Positions 47,977 through 57,309 of a stretch of DNA of 64,000 bases are shown one piece after another; positions within the stretch are counted from its first letter, which is position 1, and every line of letters begins with the position of its first letter. Source of the DNA: Bacteroidales bacterium (GTDB lineage Bacteria > Bacteroidota > Bacteroidia > Bacteroidales > UBA932); NCBI GenBank assembly GCA_036677745.1, contig JAVBVW010000005.1, positions 307,268 to 371,267 of the forward strand, given 5' to 3'. A model generated the notes under the pieces. It made no database searches. It had not been told where the DNA came from and worked only from the letters and a program-made list of their open reading frames with translations. Made by a program: the position numbers and the translations under genes.

Positions 47977-48771
47977 TCAGACCGCTATTGGAGCTTTGAT
48001 GGCCGGATAAGGGTCATAGTTTTCCAGAGTAAAGTCTTCGTACTTGAAGTCAAATATTGATCTGACTTCAGGATTAATTTTCATTAACGGTAAAGGACGG
48101 GGTTTGCGTGAAAGCTGAAGATCTACCTGATCAAAGTGATTTGTATAGATGTGTGCATCCCCGAATGTATGTACAAACTCCCCAGGATTCAATCCGCAAA
48201 CCTGAGCAATCATCATAGTAAAAAGTGCATACGAAGCAATATTAAACGGTACCCCAAGAAAGACATCTGCACTCCTCTGGTAAAGCTGACAACTTAGTTG
48301 TCCGTCGGCCACATAAAACTGAAACATTGCATGGCAGGGCGGAAGCGCCATCTTGTCTATATCTCCGGGATTCCAGGCCGAAATAATATGTCTGCGCGAA
48401 TCTGGGTTTTTCTTAATGCCCTCAATCAGATTGCTTAGTTGGTCAATTGTTCTTCCGTCTGAGCACTCCCATGATCGCCACTGATGCCCGTAAACAGGAC
48501 CAAGGTTTCCACTCTCGTCTGCCCACTCGTCCCAGATAGTAACTCCGTTTTGGTTAAGGTATTTTATGTTGGTGTCACCGTTAATAAACCAGAGTAGTTC
48601 GTGGATTATTGATCTGAGGTGCAGTTTTTTTGTTGTCAGAAGAGGAAATCCCTCTTCAAGGGAGAATCTCATCTGGTATCCGAAAACACTTTTGGTGCCG
48701 GTGCCTGTGCGGTCGCTTTTGAGCTTACCGTTCTCCATAATATATTTAAGTAAATCTAAATATGCTTTCAT
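47977..48771 (-). CDS. thyA: Thymidylate synthase ThyA
   Basis: 264 aa with [31 protein letters not shown] and the C-terminal …PAIKAPIAV. Confidence 0.96.
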   Translation of the reverse strand: MKAYLDLLKYIMENGKLKSDRTGTGTKSVFGYQMRFSLEEGFPLLTTKKLHLRSIIHELLWFINGDTNIKYLNQNGVTIWDEWADESGNLGPVYGHQWRSWECSDGRTIDQLSNLIEGIKKNPDSRRHIISAWNPGDIDKMALPPCHAMFQFYVADGQLSCQLYQRSADVFLGVPFNIASYALFTMMIAQVCGLNPGEFVHTFGDAHIYTNHFDQVDLQLSRKPRPLPLMKINPEVRSIFDFKYEDFTLENYDPYPAIKAPIAV

Positions 48772-48775
48772 GCCA

Positions 48776-48783
48776 CAAATATA
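48776..48783 (-). promoter_or_regulatory. Candidate -7 box (TATATTTG) 4 nt upstream of the thyA ATG
   Basis: TAnnTTTG on the minus strand. The spacing implies a leaderless thyA-folA mRNA. Confidence 0.4.
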
Positions 48784-48950
48784 ACATTAAGGTGCGAGAC
48801 TATGAAGTTAATACCTTTATTGAAAAACTGAGCCAACTTTTGATAATTAGAAAACGAGTTGATTTTCGTGCAGAGCGACCTATTTTGCACATTCAACTGA
48901 GATTACGGCATAGTTGGCTTCCCTTGCTTTAGTCGTATAACTTCTTGAAA

Positions 48951-48958
48951 TACCTTTG
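48951..48958 (+). promoter_or_regulatory. Candidate -7 box (TACCTTTG) with no CDS behind it
   Basis: TAnnTTTG on the + strand, about 35 nt upstream of the strong hairpin at 48994. Confidence 0.3.
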
Positions 48959-48993
48959 TGGCTCAGCATAAAATTGTTGTAATTTGGTTAGTC

Positions 48994-49034
48994 AGCCAGA
49001 TTGTCCGTTTAGGACCAATCTGGCTTTGTCTTTC
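48994..49034 (+). terminator. Perfect 10-bp hairpin plus T-rich tail in the thyA/pilus-operon divergent region
   Basis: AGCCAGATTG-(12 nt loop)-CAATCTGGCT followed by TTGTCTTTC. It may be the terminator of a short (~65-75 nt) transcript or a protein-binding palindrome. Confidence 0.4.
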
Positions 49035-49133
49035 AACCGTTATAATCCGCAAGTTCAGGATTGAAATATGCTGTTCCGCCAATCCGGAATGCTATCTCAC
49101 GTCTTATCCTTTTATAGAGGTAAAGAGTAAATC

Positions 49134-49141
49134 TATTTTTG
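49134..49141 (+). promoter_or_regulatory. Candidate -7 box (TATTTTTG) for the kinase-like/pilus operon
   Basis: TAnnTTTG ending 22 nt upstream of the ATG at 49164. Confidence 0.45.
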
Positions 49142-49163
49142 CAAAAACCGCAATTGTCCCCAA

Positions 49164-50318
49164 ATGATGAACCTTAACAGTATTTCTTTGTCTGAGACCA
49201 ATGTTGTTACATCTACAATATCTCATGAACTTAACACTCCCCTTAATGCAATTATCGGGTTCACCGACCTTATTCTTGAGGAGGATTCAATTGATGATAT
49301 AAGAGGATATGCTACCATTATAAAGAACAATAGTTCGTTGCTTCTCGAAAAAATTAAAAAGATAATTTCGCTTAATTCACTTGACTTCGAAAATGAAGTC
49401 TATCTGGAGGAGGTGAGTATCTCTGTTCTGGTTGAAAAATCACAGGACATTATTGAAAAAGAGTTCAGCAAGAATAAAAGGATGTTCAGTATAAGCTGTA
49501 ATACATCTGAAGAAGATCAAAAGATTACAATATTCTCAGATAAAGTAAAGCTGGAAAAATTTCTGAGCCATCTGTTGTTTAGTGCTTTCTATCTCAACAA
49601 AGAGGGTCAGGTGTTCATTTCTTTTAATGTGGTTCATAAAGACGGATTTAAAGAGGCTCTTCAGGTGATGGTTTCAGAAGAGAAGATTAAAAATTTCAAT
49701 GAACTGGAGCGAGGTTTCGAAGAGAATATTGATGATGTTGTGTCAACCATGAAGTTCGAAGATGGAATAGGCATCAATCTGGCTATTTGCCACAAAATAT
49801 CTAAAAAGATAGGTGGACACATGTATCTTAAAATCAATAGTAACAATAAGATTATTGCATTTGAACTTCCTGTTGGGAATCTATATGGTACAGATGCCCA
49901 TTCAGAGAATGACATACAGGTACTTATTGTTGAGGATGAGCCTTTAAGTTCGGCCCCCTTTAACAGAGTGATTTCTGAGTACCCATTTACTGTAATAAGA
50001 ACTTCTTCAAACGGATTTTTGGCAGGTGCTGCAGAGAGGTTGGCCAGAACTGACATTGTTGTTATAAATGAAGATATGAAGGGAGACCAGTTAAAAAGAA
50101 CTATGGAAAATCTTCTGAAAAGAGATCCCAAAGTTCTATTTCTTCTGGAAGATTCCTGTTTTAAACCCGAAAATAATTTGTCTCTGCACCACAATAATTT
50201 CTTTCACTACTGCAAAAATTCCACAACCGGTATGATAGAACAAATAATTGACAACATAATCGAATATAAAAACAACGAAAGTAGTAATTCATATACACAA
50301 AGAATAAATGCGCTTTAA
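49164..50318 (+). CDS. Soluble histidine-kinase-like protein with degenerate ATPase and receiver-like domains
   Basis: 384 aa. The H-box is intact (STISHELNTPLNAIIGFTDLI). In the ATPase region the N-box Asn and G1 DxGxG are not recognisable, and only a G2-like GIGINLAICHKI remains. The C-terminal receiver-like segment (IQVLIVEDEP… TDIVVINEDMKG) lacks a clear phospho-acceptor Asp context. There is no sensor or TM domain. Confidence 0.7.
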   Translation: MMNLNSISLSETNVVTSTISHELNTPLNAIIGFTDLILEEDSIDDIRGYATIIKNNSSLLLEKIKKIISLNSLDFENEVYLEEVSISVLVEKSQDIIEKEFSKNKRMFSISCNTSEEDQKITIFSDKVKLEKFLSHLLFSAFYLNKEGQVFISFNVVHKDGFKEALQVMVSEEKIKNFNELERGFEENIDDVVSTMKFEDGIGINLAICHKISKKIGGHMYLKINSNNKIIAFELPVGNLYGTDAHSENDIQVLIVEDEPLSSAPFNRVISEYPFTVIRTSSNGFLAGAAERLARTDIVVINEDMKGDQLKRTMENLLKRDPKVLFLLEDSCFKPENNLSLHHNNFFHYCKNSTTGMIEQIIDNIIEYKNNESSNSYTQRINAL

Positions 50319-51828
50319 ATCAAACATATATAAAATTTTCGGGCTGCTTGTTTTATTTATGGCCTTCTCTGTGCAGGTTAGCTCTCAAAGCATTCTTCAT
50401 CCCGGTATAGTATTCGATCTGCGATTTTCAAACGGCTCGAATGTACTTGAGATGAATTATGAAGATAATCGCTACGAGATATCTGGCCTAAACGAATTTA
50501 TTTCCTACAACAGAAATACAATTCTGAGCAGAAGATCGCACCTTGCCATTATTGCGTTTATGAGAGAAGATCAGAAAGAAAATCTCTACTCGGTTAACAG
50601 AGCATCTGTGCTTGGGAGTGTGGTCAGATCATATCTTAAGATCAGGCATGGTTTAAATAACTCTAATTTTACTTTTATAATACGTACAGACAAAACCGCA
50701 TCCAATCTTGTTAAAATTGAGTACAGACCATACTCTGTAAAGCCATATGAAAATCAGGATATATTCTACACTTTAAAGCCATCGTACAAAGAGCTGATTT
50801 TTGCATTAGCAAGTTACAGAGAGATTCCTTTTGAAGCCGTGAAAGAAGAAAATTCATTTGAGGTTTTCAACGGCGAAGAGACTCAAAATATTGAAAGCGG
50901 AAACATCGGGAGCGAAGATCTTGAAAGATTTGAAGAGCTGTTAAAAAGGGTTAAGGAGTTGGAAAGCCTTGGTAACAAAGAGTCCGGAATTGTAAGCCAG
51001 TCTCAGAAACCGGTTGATAATAGTGTAAATCACTCTTTTCAAAAAAATACAGAGATTTCAGTTCAGGCAGCGGCAGCATCATCAATTCAGGCAGCGGCAG
51101 CATCAGTTCAAACAGAGGTTAAGGAGTCCGCTCAAACAGAAGTAAAAGAGTCTGCTCAAACAGAAGTAAAAGAGTCTGTTCAAACAGAGGGGAAAAAATC
51201 AGCTCAAACAGAGTTAAAAGAATCAGTTCAGGCAAAAACAAGTAAGTCGTCTCAAAAAGCTATTTATAGTCCTGTAGTTGCTCTTAAAACAAACCTTCTT
51301 GGATTAGCCGGATTAACTCCTCCTGCTAAAATAACCGATCCTATCTTTAATATTTCAGCTGAATTCTTTTTTGCTAACAGATTTTCGATTATTGCAGAGG
51401 GCTTTAAATCTCCCTTGGCCGATAAAACTGACGCAAATTCTGAGGAGTGGTTTAAAACCAGTGGTCTGGTGGTGGAGAGCAGAGTTTATCTGGGCAAAGC
51501 TAAAACTTACAAAGGTTTCTATGGAGGTATTTATGGTTTGTTTGGTGATTTTGACATCAGAGATTTATCTGTGGACGAAAAGGGCAAAACAGGAAGCTTT
51601 ACAGGAGCGGGCCTGAGTATTGGATATGCAATTCCTCTCTATAAAGGACTTACTCTTGAGGCAGGATTAAGAGCAGGATACAGAGGCGATAAGTTTGATA
51701 CATACATTGTTAATGAGGGGAGTTTTTATATTTCGGAATCTCTGACTAACAGTGAATTCGGCCTTACATCATATAATTTGAACTTAACTTACAGATTTGG
51801 GAGTTATAAACGACCCGGGGAAAGATGA
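50308..51828 (+). CDS. DUF3575-type outer-membrane beta-barrel protein with N-terminal domain and repeat linker
   Basis: 506 aa with a signal peptide (…VQVSSQ), an unrecognised N-terminal ~200-aa domain and a QTEVKESA-type repeat tract. The C-terminal ~190 aa match the DUF3575 pattern (ALKTNLLGLA… ending LNLTYRFG). It overlaps the upstream gene by 11 nt. Confidence 0.72.
   Translation: MRFKSNIYKIFGLLVLFMAFSVQVSSQSILHPGIVFDLRFSNGSNVLEMNYEDNRYEISGLNEFISYNRNTILSRRSHLAIIAFMREDQKENLYSVNRASVLGSVVRSYLKIRHGLNNSNFTFIIRTDKTASNLVKIEYRPYSVKPYENQDIFYTLKPSYKELIFALASYREIPFEAVKEENSFEVFNGEETQNIESGNIGSEDLERFEELLKRVKELESLGNKESGIVSQSQKPVDNSVNHSFQKNTEISVQAAAASSIQAAAASVQTEVKESAQTEVKESAQTEVKESVQTEGKKSAQTELKESVQAKTSKSSQKAIYSPVVALKTNLLGLAGLTPPAKITDPIFNISAEFFFANRFSIIAEGFKSPLADKTDANSEEWFKTSGLVVESRVYLGKAKTYKGFYGGIYGLFGDFDIRDLSVDEKGKTGSFTGAGLSIGYAIPLYKGLTLEAGLRAGYRGDKFDTYIVNEGSFYISESLTNSEFGLTSYNLNLTYRFGSYKRPGER
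51061..51225 (+). repeat. In-frame coding tandem repeats (2 x ~21-24 bp, then 5 x 24 bp)
   Basis: (g/a)ttcaggcagcggcagcatca occurs twice. Then G(T/C)TCAAACAGA(G/A)GT(T/A)AA(G/A)GAGTC(C/T) units occur at 51106, 51130, 51154, 51178 and 51202, encoding (A/V)QTEVKES x5. Confidence 0.9.
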
Positions 51829-52682
51829 AGTTAAATATCTGTATATACTTTTTTATCTGTGTTGCATTCGTTTACGGTTGCAGCAAACGTGACGTTTTTG
51901 CCCCGGTATGGCATAAATACACTGTAGAGGTAAAGTATAATACGGAGGCTGACAGTACAAAGAGCAAGAGTACAAATGTTTATAAAACATATGTATACTC
52001 CGGAGATACCCTCGTAAGAATAAAGAGCTCTGTAAAAGAGAAGGATACTCTACATATTCCTGTAGGAAGCTATAATTTTATCACAGTGAACCTCGCAGCA
52101 ACAGGGGTTAAGCTGGGAAACATGGATACATTCAGGGAGGCAAGCCTTTTGCTAAACTCAGACGGAGCATTGGCAGCCTCTGTTAATCCACTAAGAGATG
52201 TGTTCACATCTACTGTTTCACAATACTATGTGATGCCAAACTCACCAAATGTTCTCAACATAAATCTGGTTAATCAAGTAAAAAACATAGAATATCAACT
52301 TGTTATAGAAGGGGCGAAGGATTCTTTGGAAAGATGTATCATTACTCAACACGGAGTTTCAAAGGGATTCCTGTTTCATAATAACAGATTAATTTTTGAC
52401 AATGTCAACAAAACATCGGTATCTGCAGAGGCATCCAGCACAAATAACTTTACAGGTACATTCTCTCTCCTTGGAGTTGATCCGGAAAAAAAGGAGCTGG
52501 AAATAAACTTTGTTTACAATAATAAGAAGGTGCAAAATACTACACTCGAAATCAACAACCTTCAGGACGAATACCTCTTCTCAAAAAAACTGGTCATTTA
52601 TATTGATATCTCAAGGGTAAATATGGAGCTTAATGCCTCCGTTAAATCATGGATAGTTGTACAGGATAAAATTGATATTTAG
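51825..52682 (+). CDS. Type V pilus lipoprotein, possible FimB/Mfa2-like anchor subunit
   Basis: 285 aa with a lipobox (…FVYGCS). Its size, its position directly after the DUF3575 gene, and the 'HIPVGSYNFITVN' style motif resemble Mfa2-family anchors. The assignment is tentative. Confidence 0.5.
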   Translation: MKLNICIYFFICVAFVYGCSKRDVFAPVWHKYTVEVKYNTEADSTKSKSTNVYKTYVYSGDTLVRIKSSVKEKDTLHIPVGSYNFITVNLAATGVKLGNMDTFREASLLLNSDGALAASVNPLRDVFTSTVSQYYVMPNSPNVLNINLVNQVKNIEYQLVIEGAKDSLERCIITQHGVSKGFLFHNNRLIFDNVNKTSVSAEASSTNNFTGTFSLLGVDPEKKELEINFVYNNKKVQNTTLEINNLQDEYLFSKKLVIYIDISRVNMELNASVKSWIVVQDKIDI

Positions 52683-52695
52683 TTAGGGATAATTA

Positions 52696-53577
52696 ATGCT
52701 AAAGAGAATTATATATATTGCTGTTTTACTCACAACACTTGGCTGCACCAAGGTTTTTGAGGAGGCTTTCAACATCTCAAAAGTTGAATTCACAGTTGGT
52801 AAAGTTATAGATTCCGGAGTACCCGAAAACCAAAACAGCTATCAGGAAGATTTTCTTACAGGAGTATTCGTTTATGAGGAGGGGGTATATCAGGGCAGCG
52901 GATATAAGGGAGTGCCTGTAGTGCAAAATATGCAGTTTAAAAACTCATCTGGCATTCTGGATGGAGACAATTTATATCTGGACAAGAAAAAAAGTTATAA
53001 AATATATTCTTATGCTCCCTATACCGGAGATAACAAGATAAATGGGGAATCAATTGAGTTTAATCATGGAACAGATGTTATCCACGCTGTTGCAAGATAT
53101 TCAAGCAATAATCAAGCAGAGATTATAAACAAGATACAACTGGATTATGAACATCTGACTTCTAAAGTAAAATTTGTTTTCGAAGATAACAGAGATCCGG
53201 TTTTGAAGAATCTCTATGATTTTAACAGAAAGAGTTTTAAAATCAATGGATTCAGCAGAAAATATTCCCTGAATGTATTTACAGGTAAATTAACAAGAGG
53301 TCAGATAGATCTACAGGTTACAATTACAGAAGAGAATAGTCCTGTTTGTTTCGCACCCGGGACAAATGGAACAGAGCTTAATCTAGAGCTGATTATACCT
53401 GCAGCTGCTACAAATCTGCCTCCTGTCACAATAAATGAAAAATTCATGTACAACTTCAGGCCGGGCCACTCATATGAAATTACCATAAACATTAAAACCG
53501 AGGAGATGTCCTTTAACAGCCACATTGTTAGTTGGGAATACAAAGCGGTTGAAGATCTTGAAATAGAAACAAAATAA
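52696..53577 (+). CDS. Fimbrillin-family (Mfa-like) lipoprotein
   Basis: 293 aa with a lipobox (…TTLGCT) and the motif LDYEHLTSKVKFVF (the 'x-H-x-hydrophobic-x-K/Q-hydrophobic-x-F' strand typical of fimbrillin-like proteins). Confidence 0.62.
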   Translation: MLKRIIYIAVLLTTLGCTKVFEEAFNISKVEFTVGKVIDSGVPENQNSYQEDFLTGVFVYEEGVYQGSGYKGVPVVQNMQFKNSSGILDGDNLYLDKKKSYKIYSYAPYTGDNKINGESIEFNHGTDVIHAVARYSSNNQAEIINKIQLDYEHLTSKVKFVFEDNRDPVLKNLYDFNRKSFKINGFSRKYSLNVFTGKLTRGQIDLQVTITEENSPVCFAPGTNGTELNLELIIPAAATNLPPVTINEKFMYNFRPGHSYEITINIKTEEMSFNSHIVSWEYKAVEDLEIETK

Positions 53578-53581
53578 TAAT

Positions 53582-54613
53582 ATGATGAAAAAAACATTAA
53601 TTGCGTTATTAATAGGGGTAACACTTATCAACTCCTGTAGCAAGGTAGACTTGATGTCGGGAGGTCAGACTCCTGCAGATCCAAAAGGGCCTGTTGTGTT
53701 AAAAGTAAAAACACCACTCCTTATGCATGCAGAGACTAAATCAATAATTCAGGGCAACACCTTTCCCATTGGTGCTAAAATGGGGGTACAGCTTTTAAAG
53801 TATGAAGATGATGCTGTTTACTCTCAATCAGGGATAGCCAATAATGAATACTCTTATATTGGTGGAGGAGTGTGGAATTCTGCTTCAGGGTATATTCTAA
53901 GCTCATCAAAAGCAAAGGTTTACGCCTACTATCCCTATGTGTCGTTGACCGATAATAGCCAGAAATTTTTAACAGTTCCAATTTCGGTAGATAAACAGAC
54001 TGAATCTGAAGATTATATGTATGCGACTCCGGTAGTTAATCTGGCAGATGTTGTATCTAATGCCAACAGCACAATTACCCTTAATATGAATCATGCTCTG
54101 GCCCAGATTTCAATACTTGTATATAAAGAGAATTACGGTGGTTTGGGTGAGCTGAGCGAATTTTCAATCGAAGATGCAGGGGTGACAAACCATATTATAG
54201 TAAACAAAGATTCTAACAATGATCTTGTTATGGATATTACTGACGGAACTGTTTCCGGAGGTCAAAAAGGAAAAATCACAAGAGTTCTGACTCCCAACCC
54301 TGTCATTCTTAAGAATTCTAGCCTAGATCCGGAGTATCCTTCCTCAATCCTTGCGACTCTTAAAAATCAGGTAAATTCAGATGGAGTATCTACCATAATA
54401 GTTCCAACAGGATTGATTCAACCGGGAGATCTTACCTTTTCGTTTGTAATAGATGGTAATACATACAGTATTAATAACGGGTCTCAAGTAACATTTGAAA
54501 AAGGAAAACAATACATATACAAAGTTAAACTTGCCGGAACCTCACTGACAGTCTCTTCTGTAACCATTACAGAGTGGACGCCTGTATCGGGAGAAGATAT
54601 GGTTATTCAATAA
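53582..54613 (+). CDS. Fimbrillin-family (Mfa-like) lipoprotein
   Basis: 343 aa with a lipobox (…LINSCS), a candidate maturation site AETK|S, and LNMNHALAQISILVY. It is a paralog of 54624..55628 and of the N-termini of 55660.. and 58410... Confidence 0.7.
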   Translation: MMKKTLIALLIGVTLINSCSKVDLMSGGQTPADPKGPVVLKVKTPLLMHAETKSIIQGNTFPIGAKMGVQLLKYEDDAVYSQSGIANNEYSYIGGGVWNSASGYILSSSKAKVYAYYPYVSLTDNSQKFLTVPISVDKQTESEDYMYATPVVNLADVVSNANSTITLNMNHALAQISILVYKENYGGLGELSEFSIEDAGVTNHIIVNKDSNNDLVMDITDGTVSGGQKGKITRVLTPNPVILKNSSLDPEYPSSILATLKNQVNSDGVSTIIVPTGLIQPGDLTFSFVIDGNTYSINNGSQVTFEKGKQYIYKVKLAGTSLTVSSVTITEWTPVSGEDMVIQ

Positions 54614-54623
54614 TCTTACAGCT

Positions 54624-55628
54624 ATGAAAAAGACAATTACAATCTCAATCCTCGCTCTTGCACTACTTTCGGGTTGCACAAAAAACAAATTTCTATCTAC
54701 CGAAAGACTGGCTCCAATCTCATTAACTCCAAATTTCGCAGTGCCTGCAACAAAGGCGCTTATTAGTGATGCTAATATTGAAAGTGAAACCATCCGGGTG
54801 CAAGTTTCAAAAAATGACGGAATTACAAGTTATGTTGACGGTGGGGCAAAATACACTTTAACTCACGGTGGTATCAACTGGGCATTATCAAACATTCTCT
54901 ATCTTTCAGTAGAAAACGCGAAGGTGTTCGCCTATGCACCAACCCCCGCTGACCCTACATCAGAGGAGACAGGAGAGTATAACACATTGAAAAGAAGACT
55001 TGATATTCCTGCCACACAAAATATGACAGATCAGGTTGACTACCTTTGGTGCTATCAGGATAAAACCAACGACACAGACGGGATCAACATAAACAGCACA
55101 AATCCTAATGTTGCATTGACAATGAAGCACGCTTTGGCTCAGGTCTCTTTTGTTATTTATGGAGAGAACTACAACGGTGCAGGTGTAATAAACACAATTA
55201 AAATAAAGGATAACACAGCAACATCGTCGCTTACCAAGATGCTTGACGCCGGTAATGATCTTTATCTGAATATAGCTAACGGCTCTATTTCGGGTGGTGA
55301 GCCTGTTGCGGAGATTGTAGCAACCAATATAAACGGAGCAATAGAGACAACTCAGCCAACAGCCGATCTTACAGAATTAAAATCAAAAGTAAACGGTTAC
55401 CTTTTACTTGTTCCTGTCTCTATAGCAGATAAGACTAAAGTTCAGTTCTCATTTAACATAGACGGGAAAGATTACAACGTCTCTTTAACGGGAGCAGGTG
55501 GAGTCAACTGGCTTGCAGGACAGCAGTATATATATACTGTAAAACTTTCAGGTACTCAGATGAGCGTAATAAGCGTTGCAGTGACACCTTGGACATCTAG
55601 TCACGAGGGTGAAGTGGTGATTAATTAA
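54624..55628 (+). CDS. Fimbrillin-family (Mfa-like) lipoprotein
   Basis: 334 aa with a lipobox (…LLSGCT), a candidate maturation site PATK|A, and LTMKHALAQVSFVIY. Confidence 0.7.
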   Translation: MKKTITISILALALLSGCTKNKFLSTERLAPISLTPNFAVPATKALISDANIESETIRVQVSKNDGITSYVDGGAKYTLTHGGINWALSNILYLSVENAKVFAYAPTPADPTSEETGEYNTLKRRLDIPATQNMTDQVDYLWCYQDKTNDTDGININSTNPNVALTMKHALAQVSFVIYGENYNGAGVINTIKIKDNTATSSLTKMLDAGNDLYLNIANGSISGGEPVAEIVATNINGAIETTQPTADLTELKSKVNGYLLLVPVSIADKTKVQFSFNIDGKDYNVSLTGAGGVNWLAGQQYIYTVKLSGTQMSVISVAVTPWTSSHEGEVVIN

Positions 55629-55659
55629 TAAAAAATTAAACGAAAACCGGAATCCAGTT

Positions 55660-57303
55660 GTGAAGTTTTGTCTTAACATATTTGCTGTTGCGCTAATTCT
55701 TGTATTAAACTCCTGCTCAAAAGAGAGGATTATAATCAAGGAGGGGTCTGCTCTGCACATATCTCCGGCAATTAACGGAATGACCAAATCTTTGGTTGAT
55801 GACAGCAATGTCTCAACCAAAGAGATTGGTGTTCAGATAACAGATCAGGCCGGTACTCAACTTTATGACGGTAATTCGCAATATAGCAATCTAAGACTCA
55901 TCAAACCTGCTGATTCGTGGATCTTTGACGATGGAGCAGGAGACTCCAGAGATGTGCTTTTAAATGCGGATAATGCAAAAATATATGCCTACTACCCTTA
56001 CACTTCTGATCCGGCCGTTTTTACAGGAACCTCAGATGGGGCAGTCCTTATGGCAGATATTCCGCAATCACACTCTTATGGTTATGTACAGGATTATTTG
56101 TGGAGTGCACAGGATAAAACATTACCAACAGGTGGTTTGCCAATAAATTCAACAAGTTCATCTGTCCAGCTAAAGATGAACCATGCTCTTGCAATGGTTG
56201 CATTTGTCTTTTATAAATCGGGATACGAAGGCACAGGGAATATAACTGCAATGGAAATGAAGAGTTTATCAGTCACAAATGTTTTCAGTGTAAATAAAAC
56301 CGGAATCAACGATCTTAGAATGAAGCTTTCTAACGGAGCTTTCGAAGGAGGCTCAATGGTTCCGAATTTGATTCTCACAGATATAAACTCTAATATAGCC
56401 CTCACTGCCGATCCGGGAACTGATCCTCAGACTCTGTTTAACATAAGAAATTTTCATATGTTGTTGATACCGGCAAGTATCGCAGCAAGAGAGGATATAG
56501 AATTCAGTTTTGATATTGACGGCAGTAATTACAAGGTTGGATTTCCAGGGTCAGGAGCTCTTAATATGACAGCAGGAAATATAAATATTATTACTGTTAA
56601 GCTTAGTCCAAAATCTCTTAGCATTACTGGGGTGGCAACCTGGAATCTGGTTGAATATGAGGTAGGAAGTGGTTATCAGGATATATGGGGTGGCTTTACA
56701 CCTCAGACAATAAACGGAGTTACCTGGGCTCCGGTTAATGCCGGATATGATGGAACTCATTTGCATGGTCTTATTTACCAGTGGCATAGGAAGTACGGGC
56801 AAAATTATAACGAATCTCCGGCACCAACATCGGTTCAAGGTCCTGTTAGTTTGCAAGTTGCAAATGATGAGTTGAATAAAAGTAATTTTTACATCAGCAC
56901 TTCAGGTGACTATGATTGCATAACACCGCAACAATCTGCATGGAGCATGACCTCTGATTTTAACCCGTGTCCTGCAGGATGGAGGGTGCCTACTGCTGCA
57001 GAATTTCAGTCACTTATAAGTTCTGGTTATACATATGTTGATGTTGGACTAAATAACCAACGGGGTTATTGGTTTGGCGGACGTCACAATACAGATCGTG
57101 TTGGAAGTATATTTATTTCATTATCAGGCTACAGAAGGGGGTCAGACTCATCACCGATTAACAGGAATATCACTGGTTATTACTGGACTATGGATTCAGA
57201 TCTTATAAATGCAAGAATGCTTCAGATGAACTCATCTACTGTACAAATGAATTCATGGAGCAGGGCAAATGGTTTTAGTGTCAGATGTGTTAAAGAATTA
57301 TAA
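55660..57303 (+). CDS. Fimbrillin-like lipoprotein fused to one C-terminal FISUMP (Fibrobacter succinogenes major paralogous) domain
   Basis: 547 aa with a GTG start and a lipobox (…VLNSCS). The N-terminal ~330 aa are fimbrillin-like (LKMNHALAMVAFVFY). The C-terminus has INGVTWAPVNAGY…LIYQWHRKYGQ…CPAGWRVPTAAEFQSL…GYYWT…ANGFSVRCVKEL. Confidence 0.78.
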   Translation: MKFCLNIFAVALILVLNSCSKERIIIKEGSALHISPAINGMTKSLVDDSNVSTKEIGVQITDQAGTQLYDGNSQYSNLRLIKPADSWIFDDGAGDSRDVLLNADNAKIYAYYPYTSDPAVFTGTSDGAVLMADIPQSHSYGYVQDYLWSAQDKTLPTGGLPINSTSSSVQLKMNHALAMVAFVFYKSGYEGTGNITAMEMKSLSVTNVFSVNKTGINDLRMKLSNGAFEGGSMVPNLILTDINSNIALTADPGTDPQTLFNIRNFHMLLIPASIAAREDIEFSFDIDGSNYKVGFPGSGALNMTAGNINIITVKLSPKSLSITGVATWNLVEYEVGSGYQDIWGGFTPQTINGVTWAPVNAGYDGTHLHGLIYQWHRKYGQNYNESPAPTSVQGPVSLQVANDELNKSNFYISTSGDYDCITPQQSAWSMTSDFNPCPAGWRVPTAAEFQSLISSGYTYVDVGLNNQRGYWFGGRHNTDRVGSIFISLSGYRRGSDSSPINRNITGYYWTMDSDLINARMLQMNSSTVQMNSWSRANGFSVRCVKEL

Positions 57304-57309
57304 TAAGAG

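Noticed and set aside
48772-49163. Invertible (phase-variable) promoter upstream of the pilus operon
   Set aside because: Only short inverted repeats (8-10 bp) were seen: AGCCAACT/AGTTGGCT about 70 bp apart, and the 10-bp hairpin. There are no 15-30 bp inverted repeats flanking the promoter and no nearby recombinase.
48958-49167. 69-aa + strand ORF upstream of the kinase-like gene
   Set aside because: It has a non-ATG start, covers the hairpin and the -7 box, and has a hydrophobic, low-complexity translation. It is more likely non-coding regulatory sequence.
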